In this document: in pieces, positions 25,370-38,200 of the stretch | How positions within the stretch are numbered: the stretch's first letter is position 1 | Layout: the number at the start of each line of letters is the position of its first letter | Source of the DNA: Epiperipatus broadwayi | Taxonomy: Eukaryota; Animalia; Onychophora | NCBI GenBank assembly: GCA_028023455.1 | Contig: JAQFVV010000008.1 | Coordinates: 12,214,001-12,278,000 of the forward strand | Direction: 5' to 3' | DNA length: 64,000 nucleotides | Notes under the pieces: generated by a model | Told to the model about the DNA's origin: nothing | Database searches by the model: none | Seen by the model: only the letters and a program-made list of their open reading frames with translations | Program-made: the position numbers and the translations under genes

Positions 25370-26950
25370 ATCAGCAACTTTTATTCCGCAAATGTTTGCG
25401 AATGTAAAAACACATAAGCTTAATGCTCCTTTAAGATTAATGATGGATTTTACAAGGGCATATTATCAAAAGCTAGCAAAAATTTTAGTTAAGTGGATTT
25501 TAGATTTTGTTGGGTTTGGAAAATATACATTAAAATCGTCATTTGATTGTGTTACTATACTTAATAAAACAGCTATAATTAAGGAGTACGAGTTTGTTTC
25601 ATTGGATGGGGTGGAATTATATGGATCAGTGGATTGATCTGCATCTATTACAATTTTGAGAGATAAATTGTGTGCTAAAGAAATGCCACAGGATAAAATA
25701 TCTTTCATTATAGATGTTTTAATTTGGATAAGCAATGATATTGTTGCAGCACACGGTAGTAACTTATATAGAATGGAAAAAGGATGGCCAATGGGTTTGG
25801 CTATAAGTGGATTATTAAGTAATTTGTTTGTAGATAATATAGAACAGCGAATTGTGCATCTCATATTAGTAAGAAATGAGAATACATTATATTGTAGATA
25901 TGTGGATGATGTTTTGATATATGGGCTACCAGACATTATAAAGCAAATTTTTGATAGTTTGCAGAACCAAGATGGTTTAGTTTGGACAATAGAAAGAGAA
26001 GACAATTCTAGTATTAAATACCTAGATTTGCAAATATCAAGGGTAGATGGTAAATTAGTATATAAAATGGTTGTAATAGAGGTTACATTCATCCAACATC
26101 TAATGTTCCTTTAGTACACAAATTAGCTGGTTTTAGAGCTTTTTTAACACGTAATCAACAACTGTGTTCAAATGAAATGTTTATGAAAGATAATATAAAA
26201 TGTTATATGCAAGATTTAATACAAGTGGGTTATAATAAACAAATGCTATCATCTACTGTATTGAAGCATTATAAACGTCATAATAGTGACCATATAAATA
26301 TGAATAATAAACCATGGATGTCATTAGCTTTTATTCCCAATAATAATAAAAATATAATAAAAGTTTTAAGTCAAGATTTTCGATTAGCATGGAGAACTCC
26401 ACCTAACCTTAATAGGTTAATAAATAATTCTAAGGAAATAATAAATAAGGAGGATAAAAGCAGTGATGTATACTCTATTAGATGCCCACAAATAAATTGT
26501 AGTGCAATATATGTTGGAGAAACCAAAACAAATATTAAATATCACTTTCAACAACATAAATATACTTATAATAGAGCAAGAGAAGATGATACAGTTTATT
26601 CAGCTTTTTATGTTCACCAAAATAATACAGGCCATATATGTAGTCCAAAGGATTTTACAATATTAATGAATGAAACACATGATAAAAAACGCAAGATTAA
26701 AGAATCATATATTATACAAAATTCATCTTGTGCTATGAATTCAAAATTAACCAGCTTTCCGATTAGTTGTTCCTGGCCAATACAATGAAATGTTAGATTC
26801 ATCACCTAGGAGAAAATAGAATTGTTTACACTGCCTTGATAAGGACTCGTAAGAGTTGAAAGCGCTTGGAAATAATATTTGTTTTTAATTATTTATATTA
26901 AACTCTGTATTAACAATTGACACGAATTGTTATTTATATTATTTTTATAT
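25370..26950 (+). mobile_element. 5'-truncated Penelope-like element (RT + GIY-YIG), nested in the LINE
   Basis: KTHKLNAPLR, FVSLDGVELY, GWPMGLAISGLLSNLFV, YCRYVDDVLI, IKYLDL, then DVYSIRCPQINCSAIYVGETKTNIKYHFQQH...HQNNTGH...RKIKESYII (ORFs 25392-25637, 25656-26114, 26177-26788). Confidence 0.9.
26834..26869 (+). ncRNA. Minimal hammerhead-like motif (U3-A8 variant) in the Penelope 3' terminal repeat region
   Basis: CC-TTGATAA-G-GACTC-GTAA-GAGTT-GAA-AGCGCT-T-GG: stem II hairpin, GAAA, palindromic stem III AGCGCT, only 2-bp stem I. Confidence 0.55.
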
Positions 26951-27678
26951 CAATATACATGTACAAAAAGTGGGATGATTGTGTTAAGAGGATTGTTGAG
27001 TTTTATAGTGGTAAAAAATGGGATAGAAAAATAGGGAGCTGAAGAGATGGAGAACTAGTATGGATAGTAAAAAGAGTTTAAATATTTAAAGAAATAAACA
27101 ATAGTAAGGAAAATAGTTTACTGTTTAAGGCTCGAACAGGATCATTAGCAACAGGGGAATATATATATATAAAGGGAAAAATATGAGTGATTTAATCTGC
27201 AAGTTATGTAAGGAAGGCAGGCCATACAGTGGACAAAGATGATATTGTGGAAATTGTATGGAGCAGGAAGAAAAGAATATGAGAAAAAGTGTGGAGAATG
27301 GAAAGGGAAAATAAGATGGCTAATAGGTTTCTCAGGGCATAATAGCTGAGAGTTTTCTGACTTTGATAAAGGAATAGCCACATCACATTGTTTTAACAGT
27401 TTGTGTAAGCTTAGGAAATGGTAATCGTGATGTTTAGTGGATTAATACCATGGGATGATGGTATCTATGATTATTAAAGAACTAAAGACATCAAAGTATA
27501 TATATATATACTGAATAGAGTTCAGAGTTATAGGACTACACAAACAAATATGCTTGGATTGGAAACATTTGTTTTCATTTTGGATTTGTAGCTTTATAGT
27601 TAATTAAAAAAGGAAAATATGGCTGTTGATGAGTTATATTAGATTGTAAGATCTAGGTGCAGTGTTTTCTGATACAAG

Positions 27679-27724
27679 ATTCTTCACTGATGATAGCATC
27701 AAGCTAGAAACTAGTCTGGGGGAT
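27679..27724 (+). ncRNA. Minimal type I hammerhead ribozyme with intact core
   Basis: ATTCTTCA-CTGATGA-TAGC-ATCAA-GCTA-GAA-ACTAGT-C-TGGGGGAT: 8-bp stem I (three G-U pairs), CUGAUGA, 4-bp stem II, GAAA, palindromic stem III, GUC cleavage triplet (after 27716). Confidence 0.8.
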
Positions 27725-27813
27725 ATTGAATGAGTAGGCACTAGATAGAGATTTTATGCACAAACCTTGCATCCATTGATTATTATGGCTTATACTGGAT
27801 AGCACTACTGTAT
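27679..27813 (+). mobile_element. ~150-bp hammerhead-headed dispersed element, copy A
   Basis: Body GGATATTGAATGAGTAGGCACTAGAT...TTTTATGCACAA...CATTGATTA...GCACTACTGTATG is shared with copies at 30247-30368, 46843-46995 and 23733-23768. Confidence 0.8.
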
Positions 27814-28515
27814 GTTCAATTTGTGCAATAAACCAAGCCTCTTTAATCTTTTACTTTCTATCTTTCTTTTCCTTATACATTACTTTAACAATACCAGGAT
27901 CAAAACCCATGTCCATATTCCTTTTTATGATTATAAACATAGACATATTTGTTAAATCAATTTAGCATTTTTATACATTAACAAATGCATCATTCTGATT
28001 CTCCAATTTCCTTTCGTTTCATCATAATATATGTAAGAACTATCTGATTGACTTCACCCCACCACATATCCAGTGTTAGACCAGTCAAAATCTATATTAT
28101 CCTTCATATTATTTATTAACCTATTCAAATTCATGGGTGTCCCAAATACAACATTGAACTCATCTGCATAGATCTTTGCAATTTTATTTTTAACACATCA
28201 ATTCTAACTTTTTTATTCCCAAGCATAATATTTCTTTAAAATACTCAACATATTTATGTATATCAATTGCATTAAAACCTGATTTTATTATATCAGAAAT
28301 ATAAACTCAATTTTGTCAGACTCAAACTTACATAAATAGTTGTTTCAATGCAAAAACACTCAAAGCCATAAATTCATGAGTCATTCGCACTTGAGATCTC
28401 ACATTGACACACATTCTAATATTAAAAGGTTCAACAATCATTTTATAATACAATGAATTGATGGTCTGCTTTATTGTTAAATCCAAATAGCAAATTTCCT
28501 CATTCTGATTTTGTG
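27810..28515 (-). mobile_element. Penelope-like fragment (RT thumb + GIY-YIG), left arm of an inverted pair
   Basis: EEICYLDLTIK...YYKMIVEPFNIRMC (ORF 28328-28537); reverse complement of 28775-29480. Confidence 0.8.
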
Positions 28516-28560
28516 CACATACGAAAACATTATTCATTTAATATTGGAACAATTATATCT

Positions 28561-28616
28561 TCTTTGAAAGCTAACACTACACTTTTGTTTTGTAGTGTAG
28601 TGTTAGCTTTCAAAGA
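28561..28616. repeat. Perfect 23-bp inverted repeat with 10-nt loop
   Basis: TCTTTGAAAGCTAACACTACACT (28561-28583) and AGTGTAGTGTTAGCTTTCAAAGA (28594-28616). Confidence 0.95.
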
Positions 28617-28774
28617 GGATAATATAATCATTCCGATATTAGATGAATATAAAAACTATATGTTTATAGTGTGTGGATGATGTTTTTGGATATGCACGAC
28701 AAGCTGTTATTAATTATATGTTTGAATAATTAAGTACGAAATCATAATTAAATTGGACTATAGAGCCTGAAAAA

Positions 28775-29480
28775 GATGAGGAAATTTGCTACTTGGATTT
28801 GAAAATAAAGCAGAACATTGAATCATTATGTTATTATAAGATGACTGTTGAATCTTTTAAATATTAGAAAGTGTGTCAATGTGAGATCTCAAATGCCAAT
28901 GTCTCATGAATTTGTGGGTTTGAGAGTGTTTTTGCATCGAAACAACTATTTATGTAACTTTGAGTCTGACAAAATTGAGAATTGGTGAATTTATATTTCT
29001 GATATGATAAAATCAGGTTTTAATGCAATTGTTATACATAAATATGTTGAACATTTTAAAAGAAATATTATGCTTGGGAATGAAAAAGCTAGAAATGATA
29101 AAAAATGAATGGCACTATCATAATATGTTATATGTTGCAAAAAAAATTGCAAAGATCTGTGCAGATACATTCAATGTTGGATTTAGGACACCCATTAATT
29201 TGAATAGGTTAATAAATAATACCAAGGATAAAATAAATAAAATGGACCAGTCTAATGCTGTGCATGTGGTGGAGTGCACTCAGTTGGATTGTTTTTATAT
29301 ATATTACAATGAAATGAAAGCAAATTTGAGGACCAGAATGATACAGCATTCATTAATGGTTTTGATCTTGATATTGTTAAAATAATGTGAGAGGAAAGGA
29401 GTAATAGAAAGTGAAAAATTAAAGAGGCTTGGTTTATGGCACAAAATGAACACATAATGAATCAGAGAGCCAATAGCATT
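28775..29480 (+). mobile_element. Penelope-like fragment (RT thumb + GIY-YIG), right arm of the inverted pair
   Basis: EEICYLDLKIK; FRTPINLNRLINNTKDKINKMDQSNAVHVVECTQLDCFYIY...MKANLRTRMIQH parallels WRTPPNLNRLINNSKEIINKEDKSSDVYSIRC of the 25370-26950 copy. Confidence 0.8.
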
Positions 29481-30246
29481 CAAATTAGTAAAAAAAATAA
29501 GTTTTTAAAATTTGTAACGGAAAAGTACTGTTTTTTTTTGTTGTTGTTTATTTGTTTGATAACCATGATTATGATACATATTGAATCTATACTCAATTTA
29601 TTTAATTATATTTTATTTTTATTCTCTGTTACAGTCTTTTAATATTATTTATAATAGTGATAGAGGTTCAATCTATTATGTATAGTTATTGTGATAATAC
29701 AGATATTGCCAATCACACATGGTAGAGTGAGTTACTGAATTTTCAGCTTTCATATTATAAATGAGCATTTCCTTATTAAAAATCTTAAATAAGAATTATT
29801 AAATAAAATTACAAATAAGGTTTAATAAAATATTAATAATGCATATGTCCAATCCATTACTAAGGGAAAATGTTAAAGGGGGTGACTCAAGAATGAACGA
29901 TCGATATATTTGTTTAAAAGAAGGTTGAAAAATGAACAAATACACGCTTGATTTATTAATCTCTATATATGCTATTAAAGTTAAATATTTTGGCATAATA
30001 ATAAAAGTAAAATAATATCTAAAGTTAATATTATTATTTGTTTGTAAATTATAAATATTAAAATAGGTAAAAATATTGTAAATTTATAATATGCTCTAAT
30101 ATATGTAAAATTTTGGTCTTTATGAGTATAAATGAGTTCATCATTTGAAAGTTATAATGATTTCTAGGTAAAATAATTTAGTAAAATGAAAATTTGCAAA
30201 ATTTAAAGAAAAAGTATAAATTATTATTATTTTTTAAAATTAACAA

Positions 30247-30368
30247 AGGCAAAACTCTCCATACAGTAGTGCCACCCAGTGCCAACCAGAGTAATCATTG
30301 GAAACCAGAGGCTTGTGCATAAAATCATCATCTAGTGCCTACTCATCCAATATCCCCAGACTAGTTTT
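30247..30368 (-). mobile_element. Hammerhead-headed element, copy B (truncated within the ribozyme, keeps AAAACTAGTCTGGGG)
   Basis: Reverse complement aligns along its length with copy A. Confidence 0.8.
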
Positions 30369-32412
30369 TAAAGTTAATTAAAATTATAATTCAAGTTGTT
30401 TAGAGATGTTAATTCAATAAACAATTGAAGAGCTGAGGAACTAAGTTTGAAACAGATAATAAAACTTATTTGTGGATATACAAAAAAATATACACTTAAT
30501 TAATTAATAAAACTTTAAATCATAAAATAATGTGAGGTTATTGAAAAATGATTGTGATGTTTGGTCTCAGTTGCATTATAAATTTAAGAAGGTATATAAG
30601 GTCTAAGTTCATATATTAAAATCATTCAACTTTTTAACATTTAGTAGTTTCCTACTAAATTCATACGGGCTGTATTCACAAATGAGCTTAGTGATAAGTA
30701 AAAGTTCCAGCCTACAGTTTAGTAAATATTTACCATAAAATAAGAAGATCCTAGAAATTCATGTTGAGATTGAAGTTTTTTACATTATAGAAGCAGGGAA
30801 AAACTTCATTAAGTAACTGTAATGAGTGAAATGTGCAGTTAAACCCTACAAATTGTGGCCAAAACTTGCATAGTATATTCTCAGATTTCAAACCTACCCT
30901 ACTCTTCTATAATAAGAAGACTGAATACTGTAACACAGAAGGGAGTGGTGATTATTTGTTGGTAACCCTGATATCTATTGAGATCCCATGAATGTTGACC
31001 ATTTTTGTAATGAGTGGTACTTCCAAGCATTGTCGAAGTTAATTAAATATAACTATTACCACTGACTCAACCCTCTTGAGATTGATGATAATGATCAAAC
31101 TTCTATTTAATTTATCTTTAAGTATTTGAAACACAGGCTATATTTCCTGATCATCACTACTTTTGTGAACAATCAGTTTTAAGATCACAGTACACTGATA
31201 GTATATTTTGAGACTCCTGGCAACTGCCAGTTGTTTAGGGTCACCTTCCCTTAAAGAAGAACTACCAATGTACACATTCAAATAAGGACTGATTTCAACT
31301 TTATAATTCCCTTTTATTTCACTATCAATATTCCAAGCTGTAGCTCAGTTCAGAGAATGGAATTATACAAAGTTCAAATGATGGGGCGGTGAGATGAATA
31401 AAGATAAAATAATTTATGGATTGATAATCTAATTAGTGAAATCAAACAAATAACAGGAATAATGAACTATTATATATTTTTATTATAACAAAAATAAACT
31501 TCGTAATATGAAATCATAAAAAGAAATATGATATATACATAATAAATTAATTACTAAATGAATACTATTATTTTACCAAGTTATATGGATATAATAAAAG
31601 CAAATAAATATAAATGAACAACTAATAAAGTACATAGTATAAATTACTGATTGCTACTGGTATTTAAAAAAAAAAAAAAAATAAATTCACATAACATAAT
31701 AACTAAGGTATAAATAACTTAATTAATACCCATATTCTTTGTATTATATAAATTATGTTAGAAGTACATGTATTTTATTCATTTAAACATTATAAATTTT
31801 GTGGTAAAACATAAGCTTATGTGAGGCTGTTGAACCCAAACTATGTCCTTAACTTTAAAAGTTTTGTTTAATGCCATGGTATTTTTCTCCATTTGTGCAA
31901 TGTTTTTTGTAGATTATACATGTGTAACATTGTACAAATAAAGCACTAAATGCATCTCACAAGAAAGTAGTTTTCAAACCATACTTTTACTAAGTTCTGA
32001 CAATTGCTATTATAACTACCATAAGTTGCAACAGATTAAAATAATTAAAGATTAAATAGTAAAATAATTTAGTATATTTGTTAGGATAACATTCCTTGAA
32101 ATATTTATTATATTATATTGTTGGACAAAAAAAAATATTATTGTAGATAAATCTATTAATATTTTTTACAATAGTAGCAGAAATGTTTTGTACACATTTC
32201 ATTTTTTAATTTCAAATACTACCCTAAGAAATATTAATTCCTTGGCAATGAATTAGAATTTATTAGAAAATAGAATATACTTCAAACTGATACGTCTTTT
32301 AACCCCACCCCTCCCACAAGAGACGCATTGAAAAAATGAATGCTTGGACAATTCCTTAAAATGTATTCTACTTTATAAGAATTATATTTATAAAGCGCAT
32401 ATTTGTTCGTAA

Positions 32413-32584
32413 AATAATATTTATTAAGGCTATAACCATAAGACTATGCAACTGAAAAAATGACAGTAGGGACTTCTACAAATCTTGTCTTTTAAATAAA
32501 TCTTATATTAAAGATTTGTAGAGGTCCCTACTGTCGTTTTTTCAGGTGTGTAGTCTTAAGATTATAACCTTAATAAATATTATT
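32413..32584. mobile_element. MITE-like foldback, 74-bp inverted arms
   Basis: Arms 32413-32486 and 32511-32584 differ at 8 of 74 positions by my count. The 17-mer TATTCTACTTTATAAGA occurs at 32364 and 32581. Confidence 0.8.
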
Positions 32585-34029
32585 CTACTTTATAAGATAA
32601 ACTAAACAACATGACAGATTTTATATTTATCATGTTGGTGTTAATTATGATTCCATTAGTAGAAAAAATATCTTCTTTTTCTCTTAGTTTATACAGCTAG
32701 TGTCTATTTTTATCTAGCCAGTATCTATTTTTTATATCATGTGCTATCCATCCATAGAACATAAATATAAGCAACTTGCTCTTTGTAACTCAATAAATAT
32801 CAGCCAGCAGTACAAATTCAAGACATCTTTGTTTAATTAACATTAAGATTTATTATCATTTTATAAATTATGATAATAACATTACAATTCTATAATATTT
32901 TTTTTATAAATAAACATTTATCTTGACCTTTTTTACAAAGAGATTTACAAATTTATTGGTTTGAATCAACATAAACAAAACATTAAACAAATTCAAAGTG
33001 GCATAACTTAGAAATAGTACATTTCACTAGTATTTAATTTCACATTCATGAGATACATACGATTAAATTAAACTGAGGCATAAACATTCTAAGCTCATTT
33101 GATTTTGTCTGTACTCTATACATAATTAAGATTACAATATAGTATATTAATAGTTTAATGAGAGTAATTAGAGATGTGATTGCTAATCTATGCATGTAGT
33201 TCATGATTTAATCTTAATTCTAAAGTTCTTTATAACTGCAAACTAATATACCAATACATGCCCTATGATAATGAGAATGATTACCATAATCTCATTACAA
33301 TTATAAAATACCTATCTTCAAAATCTCCATATGAAATTGTGAAAATATAATAAAATTTTAACTGTCAAAACCTGTCAACATAAGGACAATGCTCATTAGA
33401 AAACAAGAATTGGAAAGAATTTAAATTTTTAGAAATCTTCTAGCACTTTGAAACAACTTTCTAATCCAAAAAGTCACATGTAAATTGAAATTCAGACTCT
33501 TAAAAGCCTAAATGAGGATGTTAGTATATATTTTTCTCTTTATTACTAATTTTAATTACATTTAAACGTGTTATTATTTTATTATCTATTTGTGCAACAC
33601 TTAGGATTTTATAAGTATTTAAAATATTATAATAGATTTTTCACGCTATCTTCATAATGCTTATTTGTATCTAGCAGGATTAAGACCCAGAATTCAACTT
33701 CAGGAGAGAATTGAGAAGAAACATTGATTGGGTTTATCCTTAATTCATTTTGTTTTTTAAAATGGATATATTAAAATAAAGTGTCTTTGTGCCAGTATAA
33801 GAATTTTTTTTTTTATGTAAACATTTTGAGTTGACAGTAGTTTAACCTATAAATATTTTTGTTTCAGTTTCTGTTTATGTCTGTCTTACATTTCATCCTT
33901 TTTATAAATAGCTGTCTTCAGAATTAACTGAAAAGAGACCCTTTTATTCCTCTTGGAGGCCTTAAAGGAATCGAACAAGGAAAATTCCTATGTCCACTCC
34001 ATACGTTTTTGTCTTTACAACTGTTATTA

Positions 34030-34760
34030 CTATGTGATTATTCATATAGTATACAAACATAGATAGGCTGCTCACCAACATGCATTAGCCAGCTTGGTGA
34101 CTTTATTGTTTTTTACCTTGGAGTTTAAGATCAAGAAACACCATGATCTTTCTTCTCAATTGCCTGATAGCTCTTAATGAAATATCGTTGTTTTTTTTGA
34201 AGGCAGAATGAATGTGTGTTGTGTGAATGAATTTTTTCTATTAGATATTTACAATCATGACAAACAAAAATAAATCATGGCCCTTATTCCCAGGAGGCTG
34301 TAAAGTTGCCAGCTAAGGCAACATTTGGCAATGCTAAGAATTGCTGATTGTGGGCTCAGGCTGTCATTTGATGAATATCTTTTATTTAGGTACTTACAAC
34401 TGCAGATACTTTCAAATGAAGGAAGATTGCAAGAATTGAAAGAAGAATTGTCTAATATTAAATGGGACGTTATTGAAATTTGTGAAGTTAGAAGTAAAAG
34501 AAGACAATTGATTTGGACATTTACTGTACTACAAAGACACAAACATTGGTAATACAAGTGAAATAGGATTCATTATTAATAAAAAGTGGAAGAACAACAT
34601 TGTGGAGATTGATATGTATTAATTCAAATTTTAATGACTTTGAGCAATTTCTATTTAGATTTATGAAGCAAACATCAAACTATGATATAGATTTGTTAAT
34701 AGTTTTTAATATGAAATAACTAAAAGTGAAAACAAGAATTTCATTATATTATTTTCTAAA
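34030..34760 (+). mobile_element. 5' UTR + APE endonuclease start of an RTE element (same family as 47030-50530)
   Basis: LSNEGRLQELKEELSNIKWDVIEICEVR (ORF 34325-34552). Upstream ATGTGATTATTCATAT...GCTGCTCACCAA and GAAGGCAG...GTGAATGAAT are shared with 47040-47220. Confidence 0.8.
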
Positions 34761-34769
34761 TTTACTATA

Positions 34770-35200
34770 TGATAATGGTTCTGTTATTCTTGCCATTTCA
34801 AATGATGGTCTACAGAATGTCCATATTAAAACTTTAATTTTTAAGAAATTTAGTTCCTTTATTAACACATAATGGAAGAAAAGTCTTCAGCACATTTTAT
34901 TTTGGATGGTTATCAATTTGAGAACATGAATCAATTTAAATATCTTAATAGCTTTTTAGTAGAAACATTAACTTTGACATACGACACAGACTTCTATAGG
35001 TTGCTGTTGCATTTAGCAAAAGAAATGATAAGATCTTGCATCATAGTGATATAACTGTATAATTAATTTAGTTGAATATACAACTGTTACTTTGCCAATT
35101 CATTGCATGGAAATAAGATTATAAAAGCACTGAAACTTTTTTTTTTAGATTCTTTATAATATTTTAAAGTTATGATGGCAAGATCAAAAACTTTCAGTAT
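34770..35200 (+). mobile_element. BovB-like RTE RT fragment
   Basis: SVILAISNDGLQN and FENMNQFKYLNSFL parallel the 1390-1570 part of the 240-2240 copy. Confidence 0.55.
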
Positions 35201-38200
35201 ATTTTTTAATCTGATGAATCTGATAAGCTCATTATACTTTCATAAGGGTACATCTTCAATGATTAGTGTGTGAAGTGAATGAGTACTAAGAGATTTTGTA
35301 AAAAAGGATTTTATAATAAAGCAAGCACAGTTCTCAAGAAGTGCAGTATTAATTAATTTTAACGCTACTTTCATTGAAATGACATAGCTAAAAATAATAG
35401 AGAGCTGCAAATACGCATTATGTTGACATTTTTTAAAAAGAAAATTTTCCTTTAGTTAAAAAACAAACAGTCTCATCACATAAAAAGACTTTGGGACCAT
35501 GTGAGGATATATTTGCATTTCTTATGGAGTGGTTTATAATCATCACAAAAGTCAGTTTTAACTTACTTTTTTTTACTGGAGTTAAAATATTCATACTTAA
35601 AATTCTATTTCATTTTACATTATAATAAGCTGGCAAGTTTTATAAGTAAATAATGAACCTTTTATAATATAGTTGAAATTAAAATTATAATTCTTATCAT
35701 GTACATTCAAAATTTTAGATGATATTTTAAAGGATATTTATTAACATTTTCCCTGAAAGTGTAAGTTGTTGCTGAAGTGATGGCTAATGCCTCATTGCAA
35801 GAGAAAAATTCTCGTCCTGTAAAATCATTGATATTTCAACATAATGTTCAATTTGTTAAAATTATACATATTATTAATAATAAAGGAGGATAAGATTCTT
35901 TTATTATAATGTCATGGCAGGCCATAGTCTGATTTTCCATTTTTAATTCATTTTTGGATAGCTTTAGTCTATGTTATTTTTCTGTAATTGATTATTAATT
36001 TTATTGAAGAAATTTATTGATGCCTGAGTATGAGAATTTCAAATGATATTGATACCATCAACTCAAAATTTTTGCTAAGAAATGACATACTGCGTTTCAG
36101 TGCCTAGTGAATAACTGCAGGATTTTTGAATCCATTATAATGAAAGAAATATGATTAGTCAGAGATGAAATTGGTTTCACTTTTTCATCATGTACATTGC
36201 AACTGTTAAACTGCTGGTACATGCATCATGTTTATAATTAAATATGGATAATATAAATGAAATATTCTCTGTATTACTGGCACTCATAAGGCATCTATAA
36301 GTAGAAGTTAAATCATTACCATATATTATCAATTATGTGTTTAATGACTAATTTTGAAAAGAAGTCTTTTTTCATTAAATTTTAAACAACTGAATAATAA
36401 TGAGGAACTCAGATTTTGCATATAAAAATGAATACTATTGTGATAGCCTAAATGACTTTATAAAATAACATAGACTATATTTGGCAATTAACTAAATATT
36501 ATGCATTATTCAACATAATAGTGGATATTATTACAATTCCAAGCACTGGCAAGCTATAAAACTTACTCTCACTTAGTGTTTTACCATATTGTAACATTAT
36601 TTGTAAATCACAAAAAAAAATTAGTTGAACACTTATTATTGGTAGGATTCTCATTTCACTCATTTTTCACAAACCATTAAATTATACAAGTTTGCATAGT
36701 ATGATTATATGCATTACAATGCATTGCTAATCATTTTTCTTAAGGGATACTGGAATTTAAATATTGAGAGATATTCAATATTAATTTTGCCGTTTCTTTT
36801 TACTTTATTTTCATTTATACTTATGTAAGATATTCAAAAAGTGAATTCATATTTTAAAATATTCACAATTTAGATTTGAAATATACTTGTGAAAGTTTTT
36901 TTTATTATATGAATAAGAAAATAAAGTGGTATATCTATATATATTGTTAAAAGGAGGTTGCCTTGACAACAGTTTGAGATTGTTATTGATATTGGGATTA
37001 TCTAAATGCTGACTGGTTTTAATGATTATATATTGAACTCGGGAAATTGCGGAGGTACACAAATATCAAAACTATATGAAGGGAATACCAAGGGAACTGT
37101 CAAAGGGATTAAGGATCATTGTGCAAATTATGGTGAATCAAGGAATCAGGCAATGCTCAGGGTGCTTTGCTACTACAATTTATGCTAAAAAATAAAGAGC
37201 TACAAATATAATAATGATAATCATTAAACATTACTAAATATAACTAAATAAAATTTTAAGAGGAGAAACCTCAGCTCACTCTTTCAAAACTTTTAAAGCT
37301 TCCAATATTGATAACATACATCACAAAGTAGCAAGGGTACAGTAATTTCTTTATTTATAATAAAATTTATTTGTTTATCCCTCCAATATAGTCTTACATC
37401 TCCAACTCCGTCTTCATCATCTTATTGCCAGGATCAGATTCACGTTGTAATAAAATAATCATCTTTTATAAATCTTACTGATTTGTTTATGCCACTTTGC
37501 CTTTTCTTTGATAATATATATATTCTTAATTTATAGAACTATGGTATTATGATCTCAGGGTCTTTCTATTATATTTTAATGTTAAATTTTCTCAATGTTT
37601 TACTTTATGGACATATTAATAAAATGAATGATATCCTACTAGTCTACAAGATAATGTCTACGTATTATATAATAATAATAATGGAAAATTTTAATAAAAT
37701 ATTTTAATTAAGAGAAAAATGCATAAACTCTAAATTTGGAATAATACGATCATCTTCTAAGATAGTATTCGTATACCAAGAGTGGAAAAAGAATTTTATG
37801 ACCACTCAAAATATTCAACAACATAAATAAATTTTTTTGAATGAAAATAGACAATGATTGATTATAAGAGCAGTCTTATTTAAATAATTTGCACTTTTAA
37901 ATTGCAGTGATCAATAGAATAAAATGGATAATATTTTATTTTAAATGAATTCTTCATATCTGCAAAATCATCATCATGAAATTGTTCTGTATTCATTTAT
38001 GTGTCTGTACCCAGAATAAATAACATGAAAAACATTTGCATTATAAATTAGACAATGTTTAGATTTCTGGATATGGATTGGTGAATACCAAGACATTATA
38101 GAGATACTACACAAAATTTAATAATAAAAATAACATTTATTTACAATAAACAAATTTAATAAACATGAACACCATGGAAGTCTGTTACAAAATTTTCAAA

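Larger units (their letters stand above)
23770..27470 (+). mobile_element. Degenerate non-LTR retrotransposon (RT + C-terminal CxxC; clade uncertain), split by a Penelope insertion at ~25370-26950
   Basis: NNYRLVALMLVLYKIF...MQGGFRMDR (24010-24315), IDIEKAYDRVNR (~24315), YLLFADDIFLC (24498-24743), WKGVAVAGLTY...LEKVQREVGRHAL (24845-25165); resumes ~26955 with LFKARTGSLAT...LICKLCKEG. Confidence 0.85.

Noticed and set aside
25466-26092. 208-aa minus-strand ORF
   Set aside because: Antisense of the Penelope RT.
30790-31360. GC-richer block, possible transposase remnant
   Set aside because: No convincing DDE or RT motif by eye; left unclassified.
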